From contig NC_068981.1 in the NCBI RefSeq assembly GCF_001194135.2, positions 104,045,131 through 104,109,130 of the forward strand: DNA of 64,000 nt. Reading direction: 5' to 3'. Within the stretch, counting starts at the first letter, position 1; each line of letters starts with the position of its first letter. A program made the translations under genes and the position numbers. The notes beneath the pieces are model-generated. The model saw only the letters and a program-made list of their open reading frames with translations. It was not told the DNA's origin and did no database searches. Below, one piece after another: positions 38,294-51,254 of this stretch. This DNA is from Octopus bimaculoides. Taxonomy: Eukaryota.

Positions 38294-38544
38294 CTCATAT
38301 ATATATATACTCATATATATATATACATATATACACATATATATACATATATATATGTGTGTATAGGTATATATATATATATACATATAAATGGCAGTGC
38401 CCCAGCATGGCCACAGCTCATGAGCTGAAACTAGATAAAATGAAAAATGAAATACACACACACACACACACACACACACATATGTATATATACATATATA
38501 TATGTACATGTTATATGCTCAGGAGCAATAAACACTGAAAATGT

Positions 38545-38932
38545 GCAGAGAACAACTTGTGCCACATTCCAAGGAGAAAAACTAGAAGTAGTTGACAGCT
38601 TCCATTACCTAGGTGACCAAGTCAGTAGCAGGGGAGGGTGCGCTGAAAGAGTAGTTGCTAGAATAAGAATAGCCTGAGCAAAGTTCAGAGAGCTCTTACC
38701 TCTGCTGGTGACAAAGGGCCTCTCGCTCAGAATAAAAGGCAGACTGTATAACACATGTGTACGAACAGCCATGCTACATGGCAATGAAACATGGGCCGTG
38801 ACTGCTGAGGACATGCGTAAGCTCGCAAGAAATGAAGCCAGTATGCTCTGATGGATGTGTAATGTCAGTGTGCGTACTCGACAGAGTGTAAGTACCTTGA
38901 GAGAAAAGTTGGACCTAAGAAGTATCAGATGA
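38545..38932 (+). pseudogene. RTE-clade LINE, RT C-terminal fragment
   Basis: EKLEVVDSFHYLGDQVSSRGGCAERVVARIRIA*AKFRELLPLLVTKGLSLRIKGRLYNTCVRTAMLHGNETWAVTAEDMRKLARNEASML*WMCNV; YLG motif, two stops. Confidence 0.9.
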
Positions 38933-39354
38933 TGACAGGGTCCAGCCTGTGATACACTGGGACACCTGCCAAGCCAGACCTGTTCCCCTGACATTTCCAA
39001 GCCTTTTTTGCCATTTACTGATTCTGTTTGAGACATTTTAGAGTAAGTTACAAGTGCATTTTTAGGTTTCTGCTAACCAGCCAATTGAATGATTTTACTA
39101 AGATTTGGAGTACAGGAAGTACCTGTGCAGATGAATAATTTTCAGTGGGTGTAGCTTGCACTGCACTACCCCCACCTATTGGCCCAAGAAGCTCTTGAGT
39201 GCTACTGGTAAGATGTAATCCAGTACAACCTGTCCCATGATTGGGTCGTCGGCGACTAAACCCCACCAGGCTTGTTTGGTGAGGAGGGTGTTGTTGGACA
39301 CCCTATGGGATGAAAAATGAGACCTGTCAAAGGGCAGATGAACTCCTGAACAGT

Positions 39355-40040
39355 CAATTTCTTTATTAACCATGAGGTTGAGAAAAAGAGGGGACAATAC
39401 GAGGACAGACAAAACAAATATTGGAGTCAGGGGATTGAATGAGACGAAATGTATGAATAAACAATTAAAATATATACAATTAAATGAGAATGAGTGATTT
39501 ACAAAACATGAAGCGGCGGACGCAGTTGACCCCACAAACCACATACTCACACTGAGGACATTGCTTTGTTCTTTTTTTGTTCTCATTTAGACAGGTTCTT
39601 TCACTTGCAACATACTTGCTACAGACTTCCATATTTTATGAAACACATTTTGCGACAGGCATTTCTTCTCCAGCCTTATTTTCCGTTTCATGTGGAAAAC
39701 GAAAAAGTCGATTAACCTGAGACTGGAGATGAACATGCCTGTTGCAATTCCTTTCACTCACGTCTTCCATACTACCTCTTTCGCAACAGCAGCTACTGAG
39801 AGAAAACAGGCTCACCCCTCCCTATTCAGGGAGGGCAGTGGAATGGTCTTAGTAACAGATTTGCTCAACAGTTGTACTCTTCTCGAAAGTGACAGCAGGT
39901 GTTTGACATAAGCTCAGAGGTCAGGCACTTTGGGGCATTGCACAATTGCATGCAGGACAGTTTCACTGTCCTGCTTGCATCTTGCACAAACCGGTGAAGG
40001 CACACACCCATCATCCAAACAAAATGTCTGTAAATATGTA
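39355..40040 (-). pseudogene. Tx1/L1-clade LINE 3' end (ORF2 CCHC knuckle 39587-40020 plus 3' UTR)
   Basis: SPVCARCKQDSETVLHAIVQCPKVPDL*AYV...AKEVVWKT*; stop at 39587; AATAAA in the downstream UTR (~39363-39368). Confidence 0.8.
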
Positions 40041-40105
40041 TATATCTTTTTTCTTTTCTTTTCTTCTTTTAAATGTGTATATATGTATAATTTTACTTTA
40101 TATAT

Positions 40106-40614
40106 NNNNNNNNNNNNNNNNNNNNNNNNNNNNNNNNNNNNNNNNNNNNNNNNNNNNNNNNNNNNNNNNNNNNNNNNNNNNNNNNNNNNNNNNNNNNNNN
40201 NNNNNNNNNNNNNNNNNNNNNNNNNNNNNNNNNNNNNNNNNNNNNNNNNNNNNNNNNNNNNNNNNNNNNNNNNNNNNNNNNNNNNNNNNNNNNNNNNNNN
40301 NNNNNNNNNNNNNNNNNNNNNNNNNNNNNNNNNNNNNNNNNNNNNNNNNNNNNNNNNNNNNNNNNNNNNNNNNNNNNNNNNNNNNNNNNNNNNNNNNNNN
40401 NNNNNNNNNNNNNNNNNNNNNNNNNNNNNNNNNNNNNNNNNNNNNNNNNNNNNNNNNNNNNNNNNNNNNNNNNNNNNNNNNNNNNNNNNNNNNNNNNNNN
40501 NNNNNNNNNNNNNNNNNNNNNNNNNNNNNNNNNNNNNNNNNNNNNNNNNNNNNNNNNNNNNNNNNNNNNNNNNNNNNNNNNNNNNNNNNNNNNNNNNNNN
40601 NNNNNNNNNNNNNN
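40106..40614. other. Assembly gap within (TA)n
   Basis: N run. Confidence 0.99.
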
Positions 40615-40630
40615 NTATATATATATATAT

Positions 40631-40878
40631 ATCATCATCATCGTTTAATGTCCGCCTTCCATGCTAGCATAGGTTGGACGATTTGACTGAGGACTGGTGA
40701 AACCAGATGGCTACTCCAGGTTCCAATCTGATTTGGCAGAGTTTCTACAGCTGGATGCCCTTCCTAATGCCAACCACTCCGAGAGTGTAGCGGGTGCTTT
40801 TACGTGCCACCGGCACGAAGCCCAGTCAGGCAGTACTGGCAACAGCCACGCTCAAAATGGTGTATTTTACATGCCATA
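40631..40878 (-). mobile_element. Young RTE-type 3' tail element
   Basis: catcatcatcgtttaatgtccgccttccatgctagc...; CpG retained; nearly colinear with 49330-49539. Confidence 0.85.
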
Positions 40879-40943
40879 AAGTTTTTATGTATGTATATAC
40901 CCATACACACATAAATGCACTCATGCTACTGGTTATGTATTTG

Positions 40944-41295
40944 AATTATAAGTTGTTTCATGAGTGGATCTCTTGACATTTGAATTGGTCTTGTAGTGAG
41001 ATCCAGCACTCATCAGTGTTTACCTTGCTGTTAATGCTTACAGAATTTAATTACTTCTTTCCTTCTGTACTTGCTTGCAGTTTGTTGGTTTATTCCATTT
41101 CATTGCTAAGTAACTTCACCTCTGACGCAAGACATTGCTGGTGAGCAAATAAGAGTTGCTGTGTCTGCCCAGTTATCTTGTCTCTGTTAGCCTTATCATG
41201 TATGTGTGTGTGTGTGTGTGTTATACTTATACATCTGTTTGTTGTCTACACCACCTGTCTTCGTATTTTGTTTTTTTTTGTGAATTCTCCCCCTA
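40944..41295 (-). mobile_element. Penelope pLTR-like fragment with degenerate hammerhead-like motif (40944-41020)
   Basis: CTGATGA..tggatctc/gagatcca stem..GAAACAACT. Confidence 0.45.
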
Positions 41296-41545
41296 TGTGT
41301 GTGTGTGTAGTGTGATATCTATCTAATTAGTTATAGATATTGTTAAATTGGCAAAATCATTAAGTGTGAAAGGCCACATCTGACCAGTCTGAACACAAAT
41401 CAGGTAGAATATTTCAGTTGCTAAAGAGGTAATCCAGAATATGTGGGTAAAGGCACCTACACCATTGCAGTATTTCCTGTGGGCCATACTTGAGTCTGGT
41501 AATGGCTCAGCAACAGTTCAGGACTGGTGTAATTTCTGGCTGATC

Positions 41546-41547
41546 TG

Positions 41548-41636
<89 letters not shown>
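41546..41636. repeat. (GT)n microsatellite
   Basis: Direct reading. Confidence 0.97.
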
Positions 41637-41639
<3 letters not shown>

Positions 41640-43274
41640 CTGTGTATGTCTCTTGCCAGAATTTATTGTAGCAATAACATTGTTTCTAATACTTATGCTG
41701 ATTCTGAGCCATCAAACATGTTCATGTTTGTTTACACTTTGGTGTGTTTTAAATGGCAACCCCATGGGATTCCTTATTCACAAGATGATATAACAATCTA
41801 TTTAGAATACATCATTGCCACCACCGCCACCACCACCAGCTACAGCATATTCACAGTCATCATTGTCTCTCCTTCATCTCTCTCTGGCTCCCATTGTGTC
41901 AGCTGTTACAGCTTGTGCGGGGTGTGGGAGTAATGGTCTCCACCCTCATCTACCTTATACACACACACCAGTGCTACCTCTCCCCACTACCACCACCACC
42001 TCCACCACCTGGCAATGAATGCCAGTTTGTTTGCTAGCTTGCTCCTTCAATGATGCCCAGAGGGCCTTTAACAGTATTTATAGTATTTATTATTTGTTAA
42101 TGTTTGTGTTCGAAATGTCACGCTTGTATGTGGTGGGTCCAATGTTCTTCTCAGCATCAACATCTCTAGTATATCATCATCATCATTAGTGGTATCATCT
42201 CCAACAACTGCAACAACATTCTTACACACTCACAGCTGTAAAGTTGCATGTAAGCAGTTGTAAGCTCTTTTACACATCATTATATCTATCTTAATTAGCA
42301 TCATCACCATCATCATCAACAGTAGCAGCTATATTCATCACTATATTGATGATGACAGCAATGACAAGGATCATACTGTTGCTGTTGTAATTCATGATGA
42401 TAAGAAAGAAGTCAAGAACACATCTGCCATTGAGCCTAATCTAAAAATCTCTGACTGTAGCCAAAGAGTTCTACACACATACACACATCATATGTATGAG
42501 TGAGTGAGTAGAAAAATGAAAGAAAGGGCACTCAACACATTTATTATGAGTTACATGTATTATTCAAAACAATTTTATTTGGATTCTGTGCTATTTAAAG
42601 TTTTGCAGGCCCCCTAATGAAGCCTGTCTCTTTCCTCAGGCTCGTGGAATAGCCAAATGAACAAACATGTGTTTGTATGTCTGAACACTTTCATATATAT
42701 ATATGTATATATATATATACTCCTTTCTGGAATGCCTCGAAGTGTACACAAAAATTTTAGATAATAGCATGTAAATATTGGTTTGAAAACTCCTTTTTTG
42801 GATAGAAAATTTTGAAGTCAGCCTTGACTTTTTGTATCCAAATAGGGTTTTCTACCCAATATTTACATGTTATTATCTATAGCTTAATGTGTGTGCTTCA
42901 AGATAATCCAAACAAGAATTAGTTCTTGTTCTTTTTAACTTATATAATCCTTATGATGTCAACAGTGTGTGTGTGTATGCACTCATGCATGCATGAATGA
43001 ATGAATGATCCAAAAATATAGGAAGTACAAATACGGTGTGAAAGAACAACAAACAGGTTGATGCTCAGGAGAACTGGAAAAAAATTTTAACATTTTGAGC
43101 CTATACTCTTCTTCAGAATAGTAGTTATGCATATTTGATTGTTTCAGATTGATGTAGTAGAGTTTGAAGGAAAAAACTAAATGCTGCATATTTAATCCAG
43201 CACTATTACTTTTTATAGACTTTGTTTTGAATTGAAAAATTAAAGCATTTTCTCAAAGTTGTTTATTGTACTTC

Positions 43275-43465
43275 CATAGGTACAGGTGTGACTGTGTGGT
43301 AAGAAGCTTGCTTCCAAACCACATTGCACCAGGTTCAGTCCCACTGTGTGGCACAAGTACCAGACTTTAAAAATAACTACTGGGATTGATTCATTCAACT
43401 ATAAAATGTTCAAGGGGGTGCCCCAGCATGGCCGCAGTCTGATAAATAAAACAAGTAAAAGAAGA
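43275..43465 (+). mobile_element. SINE A with central deletion (head fused to tail, no microsatellite)
   Basis: cccactgtgtggcac joined directly to aagtaccagac...gccccagcatggccgcagtc. Confidence 0.75.
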
Positions 43466-45900
43466 TAGCTTCCAATGTATTTGCTGTAATAGCTATGAGA
43501 TCTGATTAAACATGTGTTAATGTTAGAGGCTCAGTGTTAGGGTATTGAGAGTAAACCAAGAAAGTTTAGATAAAACTCAAGATACATGACTTTCAGATGA
43601 AGATGATACAAAACTGCCATATTAAAAGTCATTGAAGGTTATTCATCTTGTAGCAGTCAAATCTTCATTTGAAAAATAATTGACACTGGACAGTGTAGTT
43701 CTTGGTCTATAAAAAGGTAGCATTCTCATGGTTGGAATGCCTTTGACCTTCTGTGTCTTTAAACCATGGATGACCTGGAGGCGAAACAACAAAGCAGCCT
43801 AAAAAGGTGAAAACCAATGAGATAGCTAAGCCTGTTATACATAGCAAAAAAAAAGTCTTTAAGTTACATCCTAATGTCTTGGAAAGGGAGGGTCACTATC
43901 TGAGTAAAAGTCATATTGGCCAAGGCAAGAATTTCTTTGAAATCTTCCTTAATCAGAATCTGGCAGAATGTAAGCTAATAAAGAAGCTTCTATGTGATCA
44001 CTGAACCTGCTGGAAATGGCTGCCAAATCTTCTTTGGATCATACCGTGCTGACTTAAAATAAAAAAAGGATACGTTAGATAATCTTAGATATACTATGTC
44101 TGAAAAGCAAAAAATAAAGGTAATGTCATGATTGAAAGTCTTTTGATCATAGGTATTCTCAGTCAGAGCAGACTGGGTGTTTGAGTGAAGAAGAACACTG
44201 ATATCTGTTGAGATTTTTGATAAACAAAATATTTATTCTTTCTGGAAACAAAAAGCAGATGTTGTCATTATTATGAAAGACAAAATATTGATAGAGTTTG
44301 GATTGATGTGGTTGTAGCAGCAGTCAAAAAGTTAGCTACTGGTCCTTGTATTGTTGTCACTGATCATTCATTGCGGTTAGCTGCTTGCTGTGCCACTGAC
44401 TTGTAATGTCTTCTGCTCTCTGACTGCTCATTGCCTTTATGTTATCCTTTTGGCTCTGCTGATGCCAAAAGGCCTTCTCCTATGGTGTTGGCCATCTCCT
44501 ATGGTGTCTCTATGCTGTCTCTCAATACTCTTTCTGTCTAAGTAGCTAAGGTATACCAAATTTATTGTGAAGGTTAGACTGAGAAATAAGCATGTCAAAA
44601 TATTGAATTGTCATTGGAGCCAGTTCCATGCAAAGTTTTGATTGGACAGATTTTTTCAATCACGTGGTTAGTATTCTAGCAAATCATGACATTGGATGTA
44701 GTAATCTGATTGCTGAATATTCCCACAACAAATTAAACAACAACCTAACAGGATACTGTAATACTAACACTTTCAAGCACTGTTAATCCAAACATCTTGC
44801 AATTGAAAATGCTGATGATTCAAGAGTTTCATTTTGCCACGCTCTTGGATTAACTCAAGTCACAAATGTGGAATTTATCAGTAAACTTTCCTCTTTATTA
44901 CTAAATGACCATCCATCCTCTTCCTAGGCATTATGAATCATATTTTCTGTTGTTCATGACATCATACCTTAATTAGCTATCTTTTATTTGTTATTGTTGT
45001 TGTTGGGCTTCCGATTTTCTTGGCTTTTTTTGTCTGTTTTACTGTTTTTTTAACCAATCACCAATGTAGCTATTTTCCTGCTAGACAACTCACCCACAAA
45101 ACCAGTGGACCAATAAAAGTGTTACGTTGTTGCTTCGCCTGCTAGAAATATGAACCAAATCTTTCTCATATACCCTATTGTCTTAAAAAAAAGGACAAGT
45201 CTGAAAAAATTGAACAGCAGGATGGGATGGTCACAATTAGAACGTATTTGACCATAAGGATGCTTGATCAGAACTAACTTGTAGATTCCCTCTACATTTT
45301 GTGTTCAAATCCACCCCTGTCAACCTTGCCTTTTATCCTTCCAAGTTCAATAAGATAATCACCAGTGCTATACTGGTAGTAACTCAAATGACTTTCCCTG
45401 TCTTCTCTGCCAGTGTTGGCCTCTAGCTTAGTCACAAGAAATCTAATTATCTGCCTGGTTTGATGCTGCTTAAGCTGTCTTTCCATTGCCAATTTATAGA
45501 TGACTTGAAGAAGGAAGAAAGGAAGCAAACAAGAAGGATAGCAACTGAATTCATAAATGGATATGCAATATGCACATTAAAATATCAGCTACACTTTGGT
45601 TATGGCAGGAAAATAACTCATATATACATATATACACATATGAATGCATATATTCCATAACTGATATCTAAGAAACACACCAATACAAAACAGCTAAGCT
45701 AACTGAATCTTCTATTCTTATTCCTGTATGAGCAAAAATTCTGTTCCTCTATCCATCACGGCAAATAGACATGACAGCAGAACTTGATAATTTCTTGGAA
45801 AGTTTCTGTTATTCTATGCAATAGCTAACACCTTCATTATCTTCCACAACTGAGTGAATCCAGGAAATTGCTGCTATGCCAAGATCAGCATGTATTTGTA

Positions 45901-45933
<33 letters not shown>

Positions 45934-46289
45934 TAGTGTCTGCTTAAATGCTACAGAACTTGGCAGAATACTGTTGTACACGCATGCATACACACAAACA
46001 CATGCTTTCTTTCTCCATCTCACTCACTCTCTCTCATACACATTCGTTCATAGTTTTTCTTCTGGAAACTTGTTGGATTTTGGCTAAGGAAAGCTTTCTT
46101 AAAAAAAAATTCACGATTAAAATATAATGTATGGCAAGTATTCAGCTAAAGGAAGTTATGTCAACCTCATCAGCAACAGTAACAAGGAACAGTATTCTCA
46201 ATTGTCATAATCAGTATCACCACTTTTGTCATAATCATCATCTTAATATTTGTGAAGAGAATGGTGAAACCTCAGTGTGGAAGTGACCA

Positions 46290-46480
46290 CAGTTACTCAA
46301 CTCACTAGAAGTAGCAGCCAAATTTCCTTCAAATCACAGTCTAATGGTTAAAAAAAAAATAAAAGTACAGTGCAGAATATAGTCATAGATATGCAAAAAA
46401 ACATAAGATGGCCTCAGCTGGAATCCCTTTTAGTTAGACTTCTGCTCTGTGCCTGACCTGTGGCTAAGCAACAACAGCAT
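46290..46480 (+). repeat. Abundant unclassified old repeat (ctagaaatagcagccaaat...gctaaacaacaac)
   Basis: Related copies near 2920-3040, 5590-5760, 17490-17620, 43930-44190, 45120-45280, 47900-48080(-), 56500-56700(-), 58440-58570 and 58720-58830. Confidence 0.6.
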
Positions 46481-46489
46481 TATTGTTTG

Positions 46490-46710
46490 ATGTCTGTTGT
46501 CCATGCTGGCATTGGCTGGATGGTTTGACCAGAGCTGGCAAGCAGGTGACCTACACCAAATTCCAGTCTGATTTGGTTTGGTTTCTACAGCCGGATGCCT
46601 TTCTTAATGCCAACCACTTTACAGAGTGTCCTGGGTGCTTTTTACATGGCACTGACATGGGCGTTTTTAGGTGGTGCCAGCACAGGAGCTACTATGTGGT
46701 GCTGGCATGG
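46490..46710 (-). mobile_element. RTE-type 3' tail element
   Basis: ccatgctggcattggctggatggtttgacc...taatgccaaccactttacagagtgtcctgggtgc. Confidence 0.75.
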
Positions 46711-47267
46711 GTGTAACCACTATCTCATCAATGCTAGCATGGAAAATAGGTTTGAAAGTTTTCTCCTTTTTTTTTCTCTTCTGTAAGAAAATACATCAGT
46801 GTCTTGTCACTTGTTGCAGTCCTTTGTTATTTTCTTCGTGAGGTACAGCTCTCTGAGATCAATTTTCATCACTTTTACCTGTATCTTCCTTGGTCTTTCT
46901 CTTTCACAGGTTCTTTACACATTGACACATTGATCACTTATCTCTACTTAATTATTATCTTTTATATGCTTCATTTGTCTGTGCTCTCTACATTGGATTC
47001 CTCTTATATCTAGTTTTGCTTCTAGCTCATTTGTACTCTGTCATTCATGCACTCAAACATTACATATCCAAATGAATTTCTGAAAGGGTGATTCATACAT
47101 AGCAAGTTCAAAACAGTATAGTATAGTAGTGTATAGTATAAGGAACATGGGATGAGTTCAGTGTTCTGGTTCACCAGTGGCTATAGTGTGTTGTTGAACA
47201 AAGGCTGTTTATGTATGTGGCAAATAGTTTTGTTTTAAATGTGGTTTAGGATGTTTGTTGTGATGTG

Positions 47268-47485
47268 GTAGTGAGATGACAGAATTGTTAACATGCCAGA
47301 CAAAATGCTTGGTGGCATTTTGGCCATCTTTATGTTCTGAGTTAAAATTCTGCAGAGGTCAACTTTACTTTTCATCCTTTCAGAGACATCAATAAAATGA
47401 GTACCAGTTGAATACTGGGGTTGATTTAATTGACTTAGCTCTTCTCTCAAACTTGCTGGCCTTGTGCCAAAATCTGAAACCAATA
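47268..47485 (+). mobile_element. SINE family B
   Basis: Head and body as in the other copies. Confidence 0.82.
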
Positions 47486-47529
47486 TTATCAGGGCTTAGT
47501 TTTACAAATGAAGTTTAATGTTCAGATTG

Positions 47530-47830
47530 ACTGCAGGTTTACTGGTAGCTGATGAGCCAGTGTAGCAGAGGCAGACCCACCCACAGCAGCTGCAAAAGAA
47601 ATTCTGCTCATTACTGCTAGGAGAAGAGGCAGACAGATGAATGGTTTGTCACTTGGCCTTGAAATTGTAGGCCATAACAGACAACTGGCAGTGGCTATTT
47701 TGACAGAAAGCAAGGCATTTCCTCAGAAAATCTTTTTGCATTTTTCTCTTCTGCCCTTTGACAAGGTGGCCAGTGGAGAGTTTGCCATACAGTACTGCCT
47801 TGAACTGGCAATGATCCTCCTTTTTGTGAA
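47530..47830 (-). pseudogene. RTE-BovB-like LINE C-terminal remnant
   Basis: EDHCQFKAVLYGKLSTGHLVKGQKRKMQKDFLRKCL resembles the RTE pattern DHRLPK.VLYGEL..G.R..G..KKR.KD.LK. Confidence 0.65.
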
Positions 47831-48502
47831 ATGATAAATCTATCATTTCACAAGATGGTGACTGTGCTCTTATGTTGTATGAATATATATATACAATTCA
47901 AACGCTGGATAATGTTGTTGCTTAGCCCTAGGTCAGCTTTGATCCAACAAACCTAGGATAATTTGATAGGCACTCTACACCAAAGAGTGTGTTATCTAAT
48001 ATGTTTTTCTTTATTAGAGTATGATTTAAGAAAGATTTTACTTGTATTTCTACCACCTAAGCAACTGCACCTAGAATCACTTGGCTTGTTCATGTACTAA
48101 TATGATTGTATGGGGATGTAGTAGTGCTCTGATGTCTTGATGGTGGTGAATAGCATGATAATGCAAGTGATGTGCCATGTTGCTGTGCTAATGTAATATG
48201 ATTGTAATACGCTTGCATGTGAAAAATTAATGTGATGTGATGTTGTATACGATGCTGTGTCCATGTGATGTTACAGTGTGTTATGACGTTTTCGTCTACC
48301 CCAGACATTTACTACAGTCAATACAATTGATTTAACTCTTCCCTTACAATCATTGTATTACTTTTGTTGAAGCAGAAAAAGTAGGGAACAAAATTAATTG
48401 GTTTGCAGAATTTCTTTTTTTTCTTTTTTGCATCTATTTTCTATGGTCAAATTCTACTTTTCCCTATACCACTCATGTAGGTAAGATAAATACTATATAT
48501 AT

Positions 48503-49509
48503 ATATATAATTATTAAACAGGACAGCAAACATGAAGGCAAGGCAAACATCTCAAGTCATGTACAATATTATTATAGGAAGAAATTCTAAATCTTACATT
48601 TTTTTTCTGGGATATTTTGTCATCAGAAACAAATAGGGGGAAAAAATAGGGAAAATGACAATGATTTATATTAATAAGATGACAACATAGAGGAAGGGAG
48701 TGAAAGAATAAGGAATGGAAAGAAAGAAGAAAAACGAAGCATAAAGGTTCATAGTTCAACTTTCCGAAGTTATAGAAACCAGACCACATGGATCTATGCA
48801 GGATTGCACTTAAGGACTCATGCTCTGGTTTCTATAACTTTGGAAAGTTGATCTATGAACTTTTATGCTTTGTTTTTCTTCTTTCTTTCCATCTCCTTAT
48901 TCTTTTCTCCCTTCCTCTATGTTGTCATCTTATTAATATATACCATTCTCATTTTCCCTATTTGTATCTGTTGACGGAATATCCTATACTCGGGGCTATA
49001 ACAGAAACAGCTGTAAGATTTTGAATTTCTTCCTATAATAATATTGTCCTCACCGAGGCGATGACTACTGACCGAGACCTTTGGAAATGTGCTGTGCGTG
49101 AGAAGACCCGGCAAGCCAAGTAAGATCGTTGCCAGTGCCCCTGGACTGGCTCTTGTGCGGGTGGCACATAAGATGCACCATTTTGAGCGTGGCCGTTGCC
49201 AGTACCGCCTGACTGGCTTCCGTAGGATTTTCGAGCGAGATCGTTGCCAGTGCCCCTGGACTGGCTTGTGCGGGTGGCACATAAAAGACACCATTTCGAG
49301 CGTGGCCGTTGCCAGTATCGCCTGACTGGCCCTCGTACAGGTGACACATAAAAGCACCTACTACACTCTCTGAGTGGTTAGCGTTAGGAAGGGCATCCAG
49401 CTGTAGAAACTCTGCCAAATTTAGATTGGAGCCTGGTGTTGCCATCCGGTTTCACCAGTCCTCAGTCAAGTCGTCCAACCCATGCTAGCATGGAAAGCGG
49501 ACGTTAAAC

Positions 49510-49541
<32 letters not shown>

Positions 49542-49720
49542 CTTGAGATGTTTGCTTTCCTGTTTATCAATTACATATCCACTGCATCAGAAATCTGCAA
49601 TGGTTCCATAACTACCATCTCGGCTATAACCTTGGAGCCCCAGTAATCCATTACACCACTTACCTAGCTAATGTACCTAATCATTTAGATCACCTGTGAA
49701 CTAAACCCCCATACTTTGTG
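48503..49720. mobile_element. Foldback element of family 1 (long version), right arm interrupted by an RTE-tail insertion
   Basis: Arms 48503-48790 and 48828-49047 plus 49540-49578; same termini and tail as 1097-1570; (TA)n-rich flanks. Confidence 0.78.
49048..49539 (+). mobile_element. Young RTE-type 3' tail element with internal ~115-bp duplication and (GAT)n tail
   Basis: Units starting cgttgccagtgcccctggactggc at ~49126 and ~49242; CpG-rich. Confidence 0.85.
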
Positions 49721-49763
49721 TGTGTGTGTATACATACATACATACATACATATATATATATAT

Positions 49764-49806
<43 letters not shown>

Positions 49807-49873
49807 TAAATAAAATGAGATAGCAAAGCCAAGGCTGTGTGGAATTTATAGGACATTTATAAATAGAATGGTA

Positions 49874-49920
49874 GTCTTACAGCTGTTTCTGAGATATTGT
49901 GATATCCCTTCATCAGAGAC
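49874..49920 (-). ncRNA. Best-preserved minimal hammerhead-like motif
   Basis: gtct-CTGATGA-A-GGGATAT caca ATATCTC-A-GAAAC-AGCT-GTA-agac: 4-bp stem I, 7-bp stem II, palindromic ACAGCUGU stem III, GUA site; A.A at 10.1/11.1. Confidence 0.65.
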
Positions 49921-50214
49921 GATATGAGAGACTTAACTAGAGGGAAATAGTAGAGTTCAATATGAGTTATTTTGGAAAAGGATGGGTATAGGAAGTATAA
50001 AAGGAAATAAGAGAATAAAAATAATAATAAAGATATATGTAGGATGTTACAGTTGCAGTTCCATCATCCAAGTAAAATGCTGTGTAAAATGGGTAGAAAT
50101 GCTTCTTGTCCATATGTAGATTCTGACAGGAGTTCATATTTTGTTATTACAAATGGATAGTGTTAAGACATAAATTTCATGTGCTGTTCATTTAAAGGGG
50201 TCTTGTGGTGTGTA

Positions 50215-50290
<76 letters not shown>

Positions 50291-50379
50291 CACACACACA
50301 CCAGAATCAATGCAACTGACTCCTGCTCCTTTCCAAAGTCACTTTATGTTATTGCAAGATTTTCATTTTTACCATTCTT

Positions 50380-50778
50380 TTATCTTTTACTTATTTCAGT
50401 CATTTGACTGTGGTCGTGCTGGGGCACCACTTTGAAGGGTCTTTAATCAAATGAATCGACTTCAGTACTTATTTTATTTATTTTTTGAAGCCTGGTACTT
50501 ATTCTATCAGCACCTTTTGCTGAACCACTAAGTTGTGGGGATGTAAACACACCAACACCAGTTGTCAGGTAGTGGTGGAGAACAAAAACATACACACACA
50601 CACATGTATATAGATGATGGGCTTCTTTCAGTTTCCATCTTACAAATCCACTAACAAGGCTTTGGTTGACCTGGAGCTATAGCAGAAGACACTTGCCCAA
50701 GGTGCCACACAGTGCGACTGAACCCAGAACCATGTGGTTGGTAAGCAAGTTTCTTACCACACAGCCATACCTGTACCT
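50380..50778 (-). mobile_element. SINE family A, full length
   Basis: Tail, short core and head in reverse. Confidence 0.88.
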
Positions 50779-50843
50779 CTTTTTCCCTTCTAATTTCCCA
50801 CTGCCAAGGTAGACTTGTTGTTTGTGCCTTTCTAAAACTGCAG

Positions 50844-50926
50844 CTTAGATCAGTAACAATGCCATTTAATGGTCCAGAGTTTTACAATTCTTTAACTAAA
50901 AGTCCAACAATTTATCCACTAATTCA
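50844..50926 (+). CDS. Candidate exon (LRSVTMPFNGPEFYNSLTKSPTIYPLI-)
   Basis: ctgCAG acceptor, GTATGT donor, open frame; could be chance. Confidence 0.15.
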
Positions 50927-51192
50927 GTATGTCTCCCCATGTTAAAGGTTATTAACAAATAACAGGAGAGCAAACTATACAATACGCTGGTGCTTCTTCC
51001 ATGCACAGACTTAATATTAAGCATCTGATTGGAATCATGACTGGGCAAGATTATATATGTAAATAGAAATTGCTTGTGTTATCCTTGTGTTTGCTATGAA
51101 TTCTCTTGTCATCTTCTCTCTTCTGATTATTCAGGTGGTAATACTTTCCACTTCTGTGTTGGCATTTTTAATAATGACATTATTAATTTAGT

Positions 51193-51254
<62 letters not shown>

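Noticed and set aside
49126-49350. CRISPR-like or regulatory repeat array (also 29442-29552)
   Set aside because: No unique spacers or cas genes, and the context is eukaryotic. These are an internal duplication of a retroelement tail and transposon subterminal repeats.
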